Notes under the pieces: model-generated
Databases searched by the model: none
What the model saw: only the letters and a program-made list of their open reading frames with translations
Told to the model about the DNA's origin: nothing
Program-made: the position numbers and the translations under genes
Assembly: GCA_964425325.1 (NCBI GenBank)
Contig: CAYRLX010000006.1
Span: 1-56,305 of the forward strand
DNA: 56,305 bases
Source: an uncultured Muribaculaceae bacterium
GTDB taxonomy: Bacteria > Bacillota_I > Bacilli_A > RF39 > UBA660
Direction of reading: 5' to 3'
Shown here: positions 45,787 to 55,665 of the stretch, in pieces
Position numbering within the stretch: the first letter of the stretch is position 1
Layout of the letters: every line of letters starts with the position of its first letter

Positions 45787-46683
45787 TTCGCTACGCAAAA
45801 TTATAACCATAGGGCTTTCCCAAATGGAATATTTTGTGTAGAGAACAAAAGTTTGTTTTAGTTAAAGCTTTAGCTAGGACGTTTTTGTCATACAATGATT
45901 TAAATAAATATATCAAAATACTTATTGAAATCATTTCAACTTAGCTATTGACTTTTACCAGATGTTCTTTGCTTATCTTTTCCATTTTATCTTCAGCATC
46001 GGCAGCAAGTAACATTAAAAATGGATTTTCTTTTTCTATGTCTCCATGATACCATACATTTTTATAATAATCCATATTTATGTGGACAATTTCAAATATG
46101 TCATCGTGCACTTTATTATTAGTTTCATCATCTTTAATGTAACATTTAATTATCTTCCTATCTGTAATATCAAAATTAAAATATTCTTTTAAATTCCATG
46201 TAATATTTAATTGAATATGTTTTTTAATATTAAAATAACTTTTAGTTCTTTTAATACTACTAGATATTAATTTACAGAAATATAAAAGATTCCTATTAGG
46301 CATTTCATCTCTGAAGCCATGATTTAATTCTACATTTATAATTCCTTCATTAGTATCTAATATTAAATCAAGATATTTTCTTCGCTCTTTAACATTTTCT
46401 ATAGGAAGCTCTATATTATTACTAAATATTTTATATACTTTCAAATTTAAAGATTCTTCAAGGAGTCTTTTTAAACTTCTTTCAGTATCAAAAGTATTTT
46501 TAAAAATAATGTCATTAGATAGAGTATAGAACTTATTTGTATTTGTCATAAAGACCTCCATTTCTAAAAAGGTATTTTACCTTCTATATATAATCATTCT
46601 CTATAGAAATGGATTTTCCTTTTTATTTTGTAAAAAAATGATAATATATATTTTTTTTCATATATTTTCATAGGAGGTAATAT

Positions 46684-47274
46684 ATGTATAAGCTTATGAA
46701 ACTACCTTTTTCTTATAATGCTTTAGAGCCTGATATTAGTAGTTTAACTGTGGATATCCACTATAATAAACACCATAAAAAATATAATGACAATTTAAAT
46801 AAATTAATTCAAACTGATTTATATCCTTTAGAATCAATCCCACAAAATATAGATAAGTTTCCGATTGAAAAAAGAGGTGAAATATTATCTAATGCTGGGG
46901 GTGTTTTGAATCACAACTTATATTGGAATAGTTTGGGTAGTAGTGAAAGTTTACCAACTGGAAAATTACTGTTAAAAATTAATCAGGTTTATGGAAGTTT
47001 TGAAAATTTTAAAAAAAATTTTATAGATAAAGCTAAAAAAATGACTGGGTCTGGTTATACTTTTTTAGTAGCTAGTAATGATGATTTGACTATTATGAAT
47101 TTACCTAATCAAGAAACACCTCTTTCATATGGACTTATTCCTCTTTTTACTATTGATTTATGGGAACATGCTTATTATTTAGATTATCAAAATAATAGGG
47201 ATTTATATATAGATAATTTTTGGAATAAGGCTAATTTTGATTTTGCTAGTAAAAAGTATGAAAATATAGTATAA
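46684..47274 (+). CDS. sodA: Fe/Mn superoxide dismutase
   Basis: LPFSYNALEP, HYNKHHKKY, NHNLYW, DLWEHAYY. Confidence 0.93.
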   Translation: MYKLMKLPFSYNALEPDISSLTVDIHYNKHHKKYNDNLNKLIQTDLYPLESIPQNIDKFPIEKRGEILSNAGGVLNHNLYWNSLGSSESLPTGKLLLKINQVYGSFENFKKNFIDKAKKMTGSGYTFLVASNDDLTIMNLPNQETPLSYGLIPLFTIDLWEHAYYLDYQNNRDLYIDNFWNKANFDFASKKYENIV

Positions 47275-47314
47275 AAAAAAATATTAAAAATATACTTTTG
47301 ATAGGAGGGATATC

Positions 47315-47938
47315 ATGAATAAAATAGTACCTTTTAAAAAAGACGTTGACTTTGATTGTATTTATCAAATTAATAGTATTTCACTTGAACATAATTTATC
47401 TTTGAAAGAGGGAAATATTGTAAAAGGTAATTTTATAGTAAGTGGCAGTTATAAGAAAACTGATGCTAGTGTCAACATAGATGAATTTAATTTTGAACTT
47501 CCTTTTGAAATTAGTATTGATAATAAATATGATACTTCAAATATAACTATTGATATTAATGACTTTTATTATGAAATTATAGATAATCAATTATTATCTT
47601 TAAATATTGAGGTAATAATTGATAATTTAGAAGAGAAAGAGGTTATTATGAAAACAGATGATAGAAAGATTATAGAAGAGACCTTAAATGCTCCAGAAGA
47701 ATCAATAAAAGATAATATACAAAATGAAAAAGAGGCTGATAGGGAATTAGAAAGTATTTTTGATGGTTTGGACTGTAATGATAATTATGTTACTTATAAG
47801 ATTCATGTGATGGGTGAAAATGATACAATTGAATCTGTTTTAAAAAAGTATGGTGTAAAGAAATCGGTTTTAGATGACTATAATAATTTAATCGATTTGA
47901 AAATAGGAGATAAAATTATTATTCCTACAAATGACTAA
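47315..47938 (+). CDS. spoVID: SpoVID-like spore coat morphogenetic protein (N-terminal domain plus LysM)
   Basis: SISLE..G.F.VSG.Y..LPFEI..I.DFYYEI N-domain; C-terminal LysM (ENDTIESVLKKY..N..LKIGDKIIIP); followed by a ysxE-like gene as in Bacillus. Confidence 0.65.
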   Translation: MNKIVPFKKDVDFDCIYQINSISLEHNLSLKEGNIVKGNFIVSGSYKKTDASVNIDEFNFELPFEISIDNKYDTSNITIDINDFYYEIIDNQLLSLNIEVIIDNLEEKEVIMKTDDRKIIEETLNAPEESIKDNIQNEKEADRELESIFDGLDCNDNYVTYKIHVMGENDTIESVLKKYGVKKSVLDDYNNLIDLKIGDKIIIPTND

Positions 47939-48812
47939 AATAAATGAGTTTTTAAAAAAGTACAATTTAAGGTCGAAAAGAATTGAAAAAGTTGGTAATG
48001 TAATAATTATAGATACTACTTCTGGAAGTTTTGTGATAAAAAAATCTCATATAGATGAGAAAATTCTACTTTATTTAAAATCTAGAAATTTTGATTATAT
48101 TCCTGAAATAATAGAAAATAGTGATTATTTTATTACTAAATATATAGATAGTTATAACATGCCTAAAGAGAAAAAGATGGATGATCTTATTAAATTAGTT
48201 GCTTTACTTCATAGTAAAACTACTCATTATAAAGATGTTGATATAGAAAAAAATGAGAGTATATATAATCAATTAAATAATAATATTAATTATCTTTATA
48301 GTTATTATACTGATCAAATTGCTATTGCTGAGGCTAAGGTTTTTATGAGTCCAAGTGAATTATTATTTTCAAGTAATATAACGGATCTTTATGATTTTTT
48401 AGAATTTAACAGGAAAAAATTGCAAAAGTGGTATGATCTAATAAAGGATAAAACTAAAGAAAGGTATGTTTTGATTCACAATAATTTGAGTCTTAATCAC
48501 TTTATTAGAAATAATAAATCTTATTTGATAAACTGGGAAAAATCTAGGATTGATTTACCAGTTTTTGATTTATATAAATTATATAAAAATGAATCTGATT
48601 TTAATTTTTATGATTTATTAAAAATGTATGAAAAATCATATCCTCTTTTTGAAGATGAGAGAATGCTTTTAGAACTTTTTATAAGTATTCCAGATAATAT
48701 AACTTTTTCTGGAAGTGAGTATGAGAGATGTCTTAAAATAAATGAATTAATTGGTAAAATTAAGACTTTACCAAAAACATTTAAACAAGGAGAAAAAGAG
48801 AAAAATAAATAA
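47931..48812 (+). CDS. ysxE: YsxE/CotS-like spore coat kinase-like protein
   Basis: ALLHSKT, LIHNNLSLNHF, LINWEKS..D.P..DL; coupled to the spoVID-like gene. Confidence 0.65.
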   Translation: MTKINEFLKKYNLRSKRIEKVGNVIIIDTTSGSFVIKKSHIDEKILLYLKSRNFDYIPEIIENSDYFITKYIDSYNMPKEKKMDDLIKLVALLHSKTTHYKDVDIEKNESIYNQLNNNINYLYSYYTDQIAIAEAKVFMSPSELLFSSNITDLYDFLEFNRKKLQKWYDLIKDKTKERYVLIHNNLSLNHFIRNNKSYLINWEKSRIDLPVFDLYKLYKNESDFNFYDLLKMYEKSYPLFEDERMLLELFISIPDNITFSGSEYERCLKINELIGKIKTLPKTFKQGEKEKNK

Positions 48813-48926
48813 TATCAGTAATAGGAAAACATTAAATCTACTCACTATGAAAAGGGTTAGTATTAATTGATAGAATAAAATAATTGAAGAAATTAAACAC
48901 AATATAGTCCATAGTCCATATCTCAT
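48768..48926 (-). CDS. Small hydrophobic membrane peptide (52 aa), not in the ORF track
   Basis: MRYGLWTILCLISSIILFYQLILTLFIVSRFNVFLLLILFIFLFFSLFKCFW*; RBS AGGTGA; upstream CATATATT. Confidence 0.55.
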   Translation of the reverse strand: MRYGLWTILCLISSIILFYQLILTLFIVSRFNVFLLLILFIFLFFSLFKCFW

Positions 48927-49020
48927 TATTATCACCTAACATAATATATGAAGAATGATTTAATTTGGTATGGTTATTTACAAAGTGTGGTTCAAATGTT
49001 AAAATAATCTTGGTGATAGA

Positions 49021-49473
49021 ATGAATAATAGAGGGTTTGTTACTTCAGCATTATTATATGGAATTCTTTCTTTGTTTTTAGTGTTAATATTTGGTACTTT
49101 ATTTGTGATAAGTAACCGAAAACTTGCAAATAATAGGCTTAAAGAAAGTGCTTTAATAGACGTTGAAGATTTAAAAACTGATGAGAGTTGTTTTACGTTT
49201 GATGATGTTTGTAATATCACAGGATATGATGAAGAAAAATGTGGCAATGTTGTATTTATTGATAATGATAATATAAATTGTGATCTTAAAGGAATAAAAG
49301 ATTATTCCTTTGCGATTTCTGATGGATATGTGTATATTAAATCTGGTATTAATATTTCAACTAATGCTTTTTTTGGAAGTACTAATGTTACTTTTATAAC
49401 TATAGGATTTGAACCTGAAGGTATAGATAATAATGTGTGGGGCGCTAGTAATTCATATATAAAATCATTTTAA
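49021..49473 (+). CDS. Minor pilin-like protein (class III signal lacking Glu5) with a short BspA-like repeat
   Basis: MNNRG-FVTSALLYGIL; ESCFTF, IKDYSF, ISTNAF. Confidence 0.5.
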   Translation: MNNRGFVTSALLYGILSLFLVLIFGTLFVISNRKLANNRLKESALIDVEDLKTDESCFTFDDVCNITGYDEEKCGNVVFIDNDNINCDLKGIKDYSFAISDGYVYIKSGINISTNAFFGSTNVTFITIGFEPEGIDNNVWGASNSYIKSF

Positions 49474-49532
49474 AGTATCATTGATACTTTTTTCTTTTTA
49501 TTATATAATAGTCACAGAAAAAGGTGATTATT

Positions 49533-50801
49533 ATGTTCGTTGATGAGGCTATAGTAGAGTTATATGCTGGCGACGGCGGCGATGGATGTATGGCATTTAG
49601 AAGAGAAAAATATGTTGCTATGGGAGGTCCATTTGGTGGAAATGGTGGAAGAGGATCGGATATAATTTTTAAAGTTGATTCTGGTTTAAATACTTTAGTT
49701 GATTTTAAATATAAGAAAATAATTAAAGGTAAACATGGTGAGAATGGTCTTGGAAAAGGCAAACATGGTGGTAATGCTGATGATGTAATTATTAGAGTTC
49801 CTCAGGGAACTGTAGTTACTGATTTTGATACCAATTTAATTATTGCTGATTTGACTAGAGATGGACAAGAGGAAGTTATAGCTAAAGGTGGTAGAGGTGG
49901 TAGAGGTAATATGGCTTTTGCTACTCAAATCAATCCTGCTCCAAAATTTGCTGAAAATGGTGAACCTGGAGAATATAGAAAAATTAAGATTGAATTAAAA
50001 TTGATGGCTGATGTTGGTCTTGTTGGAATGCCTAGTGTAGGAAAATCAACTATTATTTCTAAAATATCAGCTTCTAAGCCTAAAATAGCAGATTATCCTT
50101 TTACTACTTTAAAGCCTAATTTAGGTGTTGTAAGAGGAAAGGATAATTATAGTTTTGTAGTTGCTGATTTACCTGGGTTAATTGAGGGTGCTTCTTTGGG
50201 AAGTGGTCTAGGTGATAGATTTTTAAAGCATACTTCAAGAACTAGGGTAATTGCTCATGTTATAGATATGAGTGGCTATTTAAATGATCCATATAATGAT
50301 TATGTTACTATTAATAAGGAGCTTGAAAATTTTGATAAAAATTTATTAAAGAAGAAGCAAATTATAATTGCAAATAAAATGGATATGCCTGATTCTAAAA
50401 AGAATTTGGAGATGTTTAAGAAAAAGGTTAAAGAACCTGTATATGAAGTTTCCGCTATTAATGGTCAAGGACTTGATAAGGTTATATATGCTCTTTGTGA
50501 TATTTTAAAGGATCTACCTAAAACTAATCTTTACAATGAAGAGGAATTTGAAAGTCATGTTCTTTATAAGTTTAAAGAAGAAGTACCTTTTACTATTACA
50601 AAAGAAAATGAACATTTCATAGTAAAAGGTGATAGAGTCGAGAAGTTATTTAAAATGAGTAGGTTAGATACCGATGAGGCTATTTTAAGATTTTCTAACA
50701 AACTAAGAAAAATGGGATTAGATGATGCTTTAAAGGAAAATGGTGCTAAAGAAGGCGATATAATTAAAATACTTGATTTTGAATTTGAATTTAAAGAATA
50801 A
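49533..50801 (+). CDS. obgE: GTPase ObgE
   Basis: MFVD..AGDGGDG..FRREKYV..GGP, GMPSVGKS, YPFTT, DLPG, NKMD; C-terminal OCT domain. Confidence 0.97.
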   Translation: MFVDEAIVELYAGDGGDGCMAFRREKYVAMGGPFGGNGGRGSDIIFKVDSGLNTLVDFKYKKIIKGKHGENGLGKGKHGGNADDVIIRVPQGTVVTDFDTNLIIADLTRDGQEEVIAKGGRGGRGNMAFATQINPAPKFAENGEPGEYRKIKIELKLMADVGLVGMPSVGKSTIISKISASKPKIADYPFTTLKPNLGVVRGKDNYSFVVADLPGLIEGASLGSGLGDRFLKHTSRTRVIAHVIDMSGYLNDPYNDYVTINKELENFDKNLLKKKQIIIANKMDMPDSKKNLEMFKKKVKEPVYEVSAINGQGLDKVIYALCDILKDLPKTNLYNEEEFESHVLYKFKEEVPFTITKENEHFIVKGDRVEKLFKMSRLDTDEAILRFSNKLRKMGLDDALKENGAKEGDIIKILDFEFEFKE

Positions 50802-50807
50802 TTTTTT

Positions 50808-50833
50808 ACTCTTACTTTATGTAAGAGTTTTTT
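50808..50833 (+). terminator. Intrinsic terminator after obg
   Basis: ACTCTTAC-tttat-GTAAGAGT plus T run. Confidence 0.75.
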
Positions 50834-50886
50834 AATTTTTTATTTGCAATATTTTTTTAAAGTGTTATAATTTTTTTGGTGTTATT

Positions 50887-52416
50887 ATGAATGGTTTTTT
50901 ATTAAAATATTATATTAAAAAGGGTAATAGTTTTAAAATTAAAAATTTAAGTGAAAAGGAATATAGGTATTTTTTTAACAAGCTTTCTTTTGATGATAAA
51001 ATTCGTTTATCTCATTTAAGGGGAGAAAAAATAGATGATTTAGATGATTATGATTTAATGATTAATGGAGCTGGCTTATATGATTTATTAGGTGATAAGG
51101 ATAGTTTAATTTTTTATTTAGAGCTTTTGGATTATATTAATAGTGACGTATTATTTAATCATAAGTATATAAAAAGGTTTAATATTCCTTCGTGGAAAAA
51201 TAAATTAGAGGAAAGTGGTTACTTTGATTTTGCTATTAACGGTGTTTATAATTTAATAGGTAAAAATCAGAAATTATTTGTTGATTTGCTTGATAATGAT
51301 TTGTATTTCAGAGAACTTTTTTTTAAAAATGTTTCTTTTGAAGGAAATTTATATGAACTTAAAATAGATAAAATTCTTTCTTTTGAGATGGTTGCTGATT
51401 ATCTATCTAGTCAAAAGGAAATGTTTAAGTTTTATAATAAAAAATGTTTTTCTATGTTTTATTCTTTAGATGCATCTTTTTTTAAGAATTTACCTGACTC
51501 TTATAAATATTTAATTGGTTATTATTCTATGAATAATTTTAAATATAATAGTGCATTAGTTAAAAAGAATTCTGACAAAATAAAGGATGTCTTATTTAGT
51601 TACTTTTCTTCTTATTTATCTGATGATGAGATAAATGATATTTTTTCTTTATATTTTAGTGGTGTGTCAGCTGATAATATAGCTAGTTTAATTTCATTTA
51701 TTATTAGTGATCATGATTATTATAGTAAATATAATTATTTACTTAATAATTATTTTGGGGGAGATATTAATAAAACTATATTATTTTGTAGAAAGTATAA
51801 TGATACTAAACTTTTCTCTGAAATTTGTTTTAATTATGTCAAAGATATAGACGATAAACTTATCTATTTAAGTAGTGCAAATAGATTAAAAGGTATTTAT
51901 AGTTTAGATGATATTAAAGATATTTCTATCCATGAATTAAAAGAAAAGGAAGATGATTTTTCTAGTTATAAGGATGTAAAAGAGGATGTAAGGGTTTTTG
52001 GAAGTAAAGATTTAATTTGTTTAAACTTTGAAAGAGAAATTATTATTATTGAGGCAAATGGTATAGTAGATGAGAGAGAAGTTAAACAAAGTCATGACCA
52101 GGTTATTTATGATTTTATAAAAGAGAAAGAATATGAATATGATGGACCTATTATATTTAGGAGTATGGTTATTACTATAGCAAATAACAAAAATGTAATT
52201 ATATTAATAGAAGGCGGAAGTGTTATTTGTGTTTTGCCTAAATTTATTAGTAGTATTCAAAAAAATGAATTAAAAAAGTTATTTGATATGATGGATAGTC
52301 AGTCTGAAATTGGACTTTGTTTTGTATCTGATAATGAGATATATAATTTAAATAATGGAGATATGATGAATAGTAGATATGCTAATGAAGAGTTATCTCG
52401 TATTAAATCTTTGTAA
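50887..52416 (+). CDS. Hypothetical cytoplasmic protein (509 aa)
   Basis: Long ORF with its own TTGCAA..TGnTATAAT promoter and a downstream hairpin; no recognised motif. Confidence 0.75.
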   Translation: MNGFLLKYYIKKGNSFKIKNLSEKEYRYFFNKLSFDDKIRLSHLRGEKIDDLDDYDLMINGAGLYDLLGDKDSLIFYLELLDYINSDVLFNHKYIKRFNIPSWKNKLEESGYFDFAINGVYNLIGKNQKLFVDLLDNDLYFRELFFKNVSFEGNLYELKIDKILSFEMVADYLSSQKEMFKFYNKKCFSMFYSLDASFFKNLPDSYKYLIGYYSMNNFKYNSALVKKNSDKIKDVLFSYFSSYLSDDEINDIFSLYFSGVSADNIASLISFIISDHDYYSKYNYLLNNYFGGDINKTILFCRKYNDTKLFSEICFNYVKDIDDKLIYLSSANRLKGIYSLDDIKDISIHELKEKEDDFSSYKDVKEDVRVFGSKDLICLNFEREIIIIEANGIVDEREVKQSHDQVIYDFIKEKEYEYDGPIIFRSMVITIANNKNVIILIEGGSVICVLPKFISSIQKNELKKLFDMMDSQSEIGLCFVSDNEIYNLNNGDMMNSRYANEELSRIKSL

Positions 52417-52484
52417 ACACTTTTATGTGTTTTTTTCTTTTAAAAAACAGTTGTTCGTGTTAAAATGGTGATAGTGGTGATAAT

Positions 52485-54620
52485 ATGTATGCAGATATTT
52501 TAGTTGAAGTTGGTTCAATAGATAAAACTTTTACTTATAAAATTCCTCATGGTATAAATGCTTTAGTTGGTATGAGAGCTTTAGTTCCTTTTGGAAATAG
52601 AAAGTTAGAAGGATTTATTTTGAAGATATATAATGATAGTGATTTTGATTATGAGGTAAAGGAGATTATTGAACTTGTCGACGACCATCCTGTTATTAAT
52701 AGTGAAATGCTTGATCTTGGAAGATATATTAGTAAGAAAAGTTTATCATCTTTAATTTCTGCATATCAAACTATGCTTCCTGCGGCTTTAAAAGCTAAGA
52801 GTAAAAGGAGAATTAATAAAAAGTATTTATCTTATATTGTTTATTTAAATGATGATGGAATAAAGACTTTAAAGCAGAAAGAGCTATTAGATTTTATTAA
52901 ATCTAAAGGGAGTGTTTTAAAAAATAGTATTGGCTCTAAAGGTGTTTTAAAATTTTTAATAAATAATGGTAATGTAAGAGAAGAAAAAAAAGAGGTATAT
53001 AGAACAGATGAATCTGTTTTAAAAAAATCTCAAGATCAACATCTTACTTTGGAGCAGGATAATGTTATTAAAAGTGTTGAATTTGGATATTTTAAACCTT
53101 ATTTATTGCATGGTGTCACTGGTAGTGGTAAAACACTTGTTTATATTAAATTAATAGAGAAGGTTTTAAGTAGTGGTAAGGAGGCCATTTTGCTTGTTCC
53201 TGAGATAAGTTTGACCCCTCAGGTAGTTGAAATTTTTAAAAGTCATTTTGGTTCTGTTGTTGCTATTTTGCATAGTGGTTTATCCGATGGTGAAAAATAT
53301 GATGAGTGGAGAAAAATTGAAAGAGGAGAAGTTTCTATAGTAATAGGCGCTAGAAGTGCGATTTTTGCACCTTTTACTAATGTTGGTATTATTATAATTG
53401 ATGAGGAGCATTCTTCAACTTATAAGCAGGAAAGTAGTCCTAGGTATGATGCAATTTCAGTTGCTTTAAAGCGCGGAAGTAATCATAAATGTCCTGTTAT
53501 TTTAGGTAGCGCTACACCTAGTATTGAGAGTTATACTAGGAGTAAGCTTGGAGTATATAAGTTACTTGAGATGAAAAATAGGGTTAATAATAATTTGCCT
53601 AATGTTATTTTAGTTAATATGAAAGATGAATTTAAGAAAGGAAATCGTATTTTTTCCTCTTCTGCTATAGAAAAAATAAATGATAGAATTATTAATGGAC
53701 AGCAGGTAATTGTTTTACTTAATAGGCGTGGTTTTTCTACTGTAGTTACTTGTCATAATTGTGGTTATACTCACAAATGTCCTAACTGTGACATTCCTCT
53801 TACTTATCATAAAAAGAATAATATTATGAAGTGTCATTATTGTGATTATAGTTCTCCTAAGTTATTTAAATGTCCTAGTTGCGGGGGCCGTGATATTAAT
53901 TCATTCGGTATGGGTACTGAAAAGCTTGAGGAGGAGATAAATGAAATTTTTTCTGGTGCTAGATGTGTTAGAATGGATTTGGATACTACTAGAAGAAAAA
54001 ATGCATATAGTAAAATAATTAATGATTTTAAAGGTGGAAAATACAATATATTGGTTGGAACACAAATGATAGCAAAGGGGCTTGATTTTCCTTTAGTTAC
54101 TTTAGTTGTAGTAATTAATGGTGATGCATCGCTTAATATTCCTGATTTTAGAAGTGCTGAGAGAACTTATGAACTTTTAAGTCAGGTTTCGGGGCGTGCT
54201 GGACGTGCTGATCTTCCTGGAGAGGTTATTATTCAAGGCTTTAATATGGATCATTATAGTATTGTTTGTGCTAAAAATAATGATTATGATAAATTTTATA
54301 GTGAAGAGATGAAGATTAGAAAAATTCTTAAATATCCACCTTATTTCAATTTATGTTTGATTAGGATTAGTGGAAAGGACTATGAAAAAGTTTATAGTGA
54401 GGCATGTAAGATTTCTTCATATTTAAAAGATAAACTTAGTGATATTGTGCTTGGCCCGGCTTCTGCTGGTATTCCTAAGATAAATAATATCTATTATGTT
54501 CAAATAATAATTAAGTATAAAAATACGAAGGATATAATTAATGACCTTATTTTTATAAATGAAAGGTACAAAAAGGGTACTATAAATGTTTTAATTGATT
54601 TAAATCCAATAAAACTATAG
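52485..54620 (+). CDS. priA: Primosomal protein N' (replication restart helicase)
   Basis: GVTGSGKT, VPEISLTPQ, DEEH, SATPS, two CxxC zinc knuckles, QVSGRAGR. Confidence 0.97.
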   Translation: MYADILVEVGSIDKTFTYKIPHGINALVGMRALVPFGNRKLEGFILKIYNDSDFDYEVKEIIELVDDHPVINSEMLDLGRYISKKSLSSLISAYQTMLPAALKAKSKRRINKKYLSYIVYLNDDGIKTLKQKELLDFIKSKGSVLKNSIGSKGVLKFLINNGNVREEKKEVYRTDESVLKKSQDQHLTLEQDNVIKSVEFGYFKPYLLHGVTGSGKTLVYIKLIEKVLSSGKEAILLVPEISLTPQVVEIFKSHFGSVVAILHSGLSDGEKYDEWRKIERGEVSIVIGARSAIFAPFTNVGIIIIDEEHSSTYKQESSPRYDAISVALKRGSNHKCPVILGSATPSIESYTRSKLGVYKLLEMKNRVNNNLPNVILVNMKDEFKKGNRIFSSSAIEKINDRIINGQQVIVLLNRRGFSTVVTCHNCGYTHKCPNCDIPLTYHKKNNIMKCHYCDYSSPKLFKCPSCGGRDINSFGMGTEKLEEEINEIFSGARCVRMDLDTTRRKNAYSKIINDFKGGKYNILVGTQMIAKGLDFPLVTLVVVINGDASLNIPDFRSAERTYELLSQVSGRAGRADLPGEVIIQGFNMDHYSIVCAKNNDYDKFYSEEMKIRKILKYPPYFNLCLIRISGKDYEKVYSEACKISSYLKDKLSDIVLGPASAGIPKINNIYYVQIIIKYKNTKDIINDLIFINERYKKGTINVLIDLNPIKL

Positions 54621-54663
54621 TTAATTGTTATAATTTGTGTTAAAATTAATGGTAGGAGGTTAT

Positions 54664-55623
54664 ATGAATCTAGATGATATTGTTGTAAAAAGGGATCCTG
54701 TTATTATTTTTATGGGAACTCCTGAATTTAGTGTATCTGTTCTTGAAGGCTTAATACATAATTATAAAGTAAGAGCTATTGTAACTCAGCCTGATAAGCC
54801 TGTTGGAAGAGGTGGGGAAGTTAAGTATTCTCCTGTAAAAGAGGTTGCTTTAAATAATAATATTTTATGTTTACAACCTAATAAAATTAGAGATGCTTTA
54901 CAGGAAATAAATCAACTTGAACCAGATTTAATTATTACTTGTGCATATGGTCAAATTCTTCCTCTTGAACTTTTGCTTATTCCAAAGCTTGGTTGTATAA
55001 ATGTTCATGCATCTTTACTTCCTAAATTAAGAGGTGGAGCACCTATTCATAGGGCAATTATGGATGGGTATTCTAAAACTGGAATAACCATAATGTATAT
55101 GGCTGAGGGGATGGATGATGGAGATATTATTTCTCAAAGGGAAGTATTAATTGACGAAAAGGATACAGCTTCTTCTTTACATGATAAGTTAAAGGTTGTC
55201 GGTAGAGATTTACTTCTTGATACTTTACCTAGTATAATTGATGGAACTAACAGTAGAACTGCTCAAGATGATTCTTTGGTTACTTATGGATTTAATATTT
55301 CAAAGTCTGATGAGAAAATTGATTTTAATGCGACGGCTAAAAAGGTATACGATAAAGTGAGGGGTCTTAATTCTTGGCCTGGAGCTTATTGTATGTTAGA
55401 TGGTAAGAGATTAAAAGTTTGGGAATGTTATAGAACGGATAATGTTTTTGATAATAAATTACCTGGTGAAATTACTAATATTTATAGTGATGGTTTTGGT
55501 GTTAAGGTAGAAAATGGTGAAGTTGTTTTTAAAGTGGTACAGCTTGAAGGAAAAAAAGCCGTTCTTGCGTCAGATTTTATAAATGGATATCATGAAAATT
55601 TAGTGGGTAAGATTTTAAATTAA
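54664..55623 (+). CDS. fmt: Methionyl-tRNA formyltransferase
   Basis: IFMGTPEF, VTQPDKP, NVHASLLP.LRGGAPI; follows priA; RBS AGGAGG (ORF track starts at 54637). Confidence 0.96.
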   Translation: MNLDDIVVKRDPVIIFMGTPEFSVSVLEGLIHNYKVRAIVTQPDKPVGRGGEVKYSPVKEVALNNNILCLQPNKIRDALQEINQLEPDLIITCAYGQILPLELLLIPKLGCINVHASLLPKLRGGAPIHRAIMDGYSKTGITIMYMAEGMDDGDIISQREVLIDEKDTASSLHDKLKVVGRDLLLDTLPSIIDGTNSRTAQDDSLVTYGFNISKSDEKIDFNATAKKVYDKVRGLNSWPGAYCMLDGKRLKVWECYRTDNVFDNKLPGEITNIYSDGFGVKVENGEVVFKVVQLEGKKAVLASDFINGYHENLVGKILN

Positions 55624-55665
55624 TTATTGTAAAATGGTATTGTGAAAATAGATTGGGGTGGTAAA

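Larger units (their letters stand above)
44115..45968 (+). mobile_element. IS110-family insertion sequence with a CT core at both junctions
   Basis: Boundaries set by restoring the Rpn reading frame; CT at 44115-16 and 45967-68; no long terminal IRs or target duplication. Confidence 0.92.
43822..46549 (-). pseudogene. Rpn-family (PD-(D/E)XK nuclease / putative transposase) gene interrupted by IS110; fragments 45967-46549 and 43822-44114
   Basis: NDIIFK..F, LDLIL...INVELN, EIVHINM; C-terminal EKGISQGISQG..AKKLL..I.KVTGL; removing the IS restores an 876-nt in-frame ORF (..EKISK-GDKIMEEL..). Confidence 0.88.

Noticed and set aside
48933-48960. dif-like site (minus strand ATATATTATGTTAG)
   Set aside because: XerD-like arm only partial, no XerC arm; better explained as promoter plus RBS of the 52-aa ORF; strand skew does not switch here
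2968-54046. Short antisense or out-of-frame ORFs in the track (e.g. 2968-3204, 5889-6158, 12574-12885, 17917-18312, 24848-25177, 28648-29022, 39656-39946, 49478-49762, 53846-54046)
   Set aside because: Nested in or largely overlapping well-supported genes, no RBS or motifs; shadow ORFs
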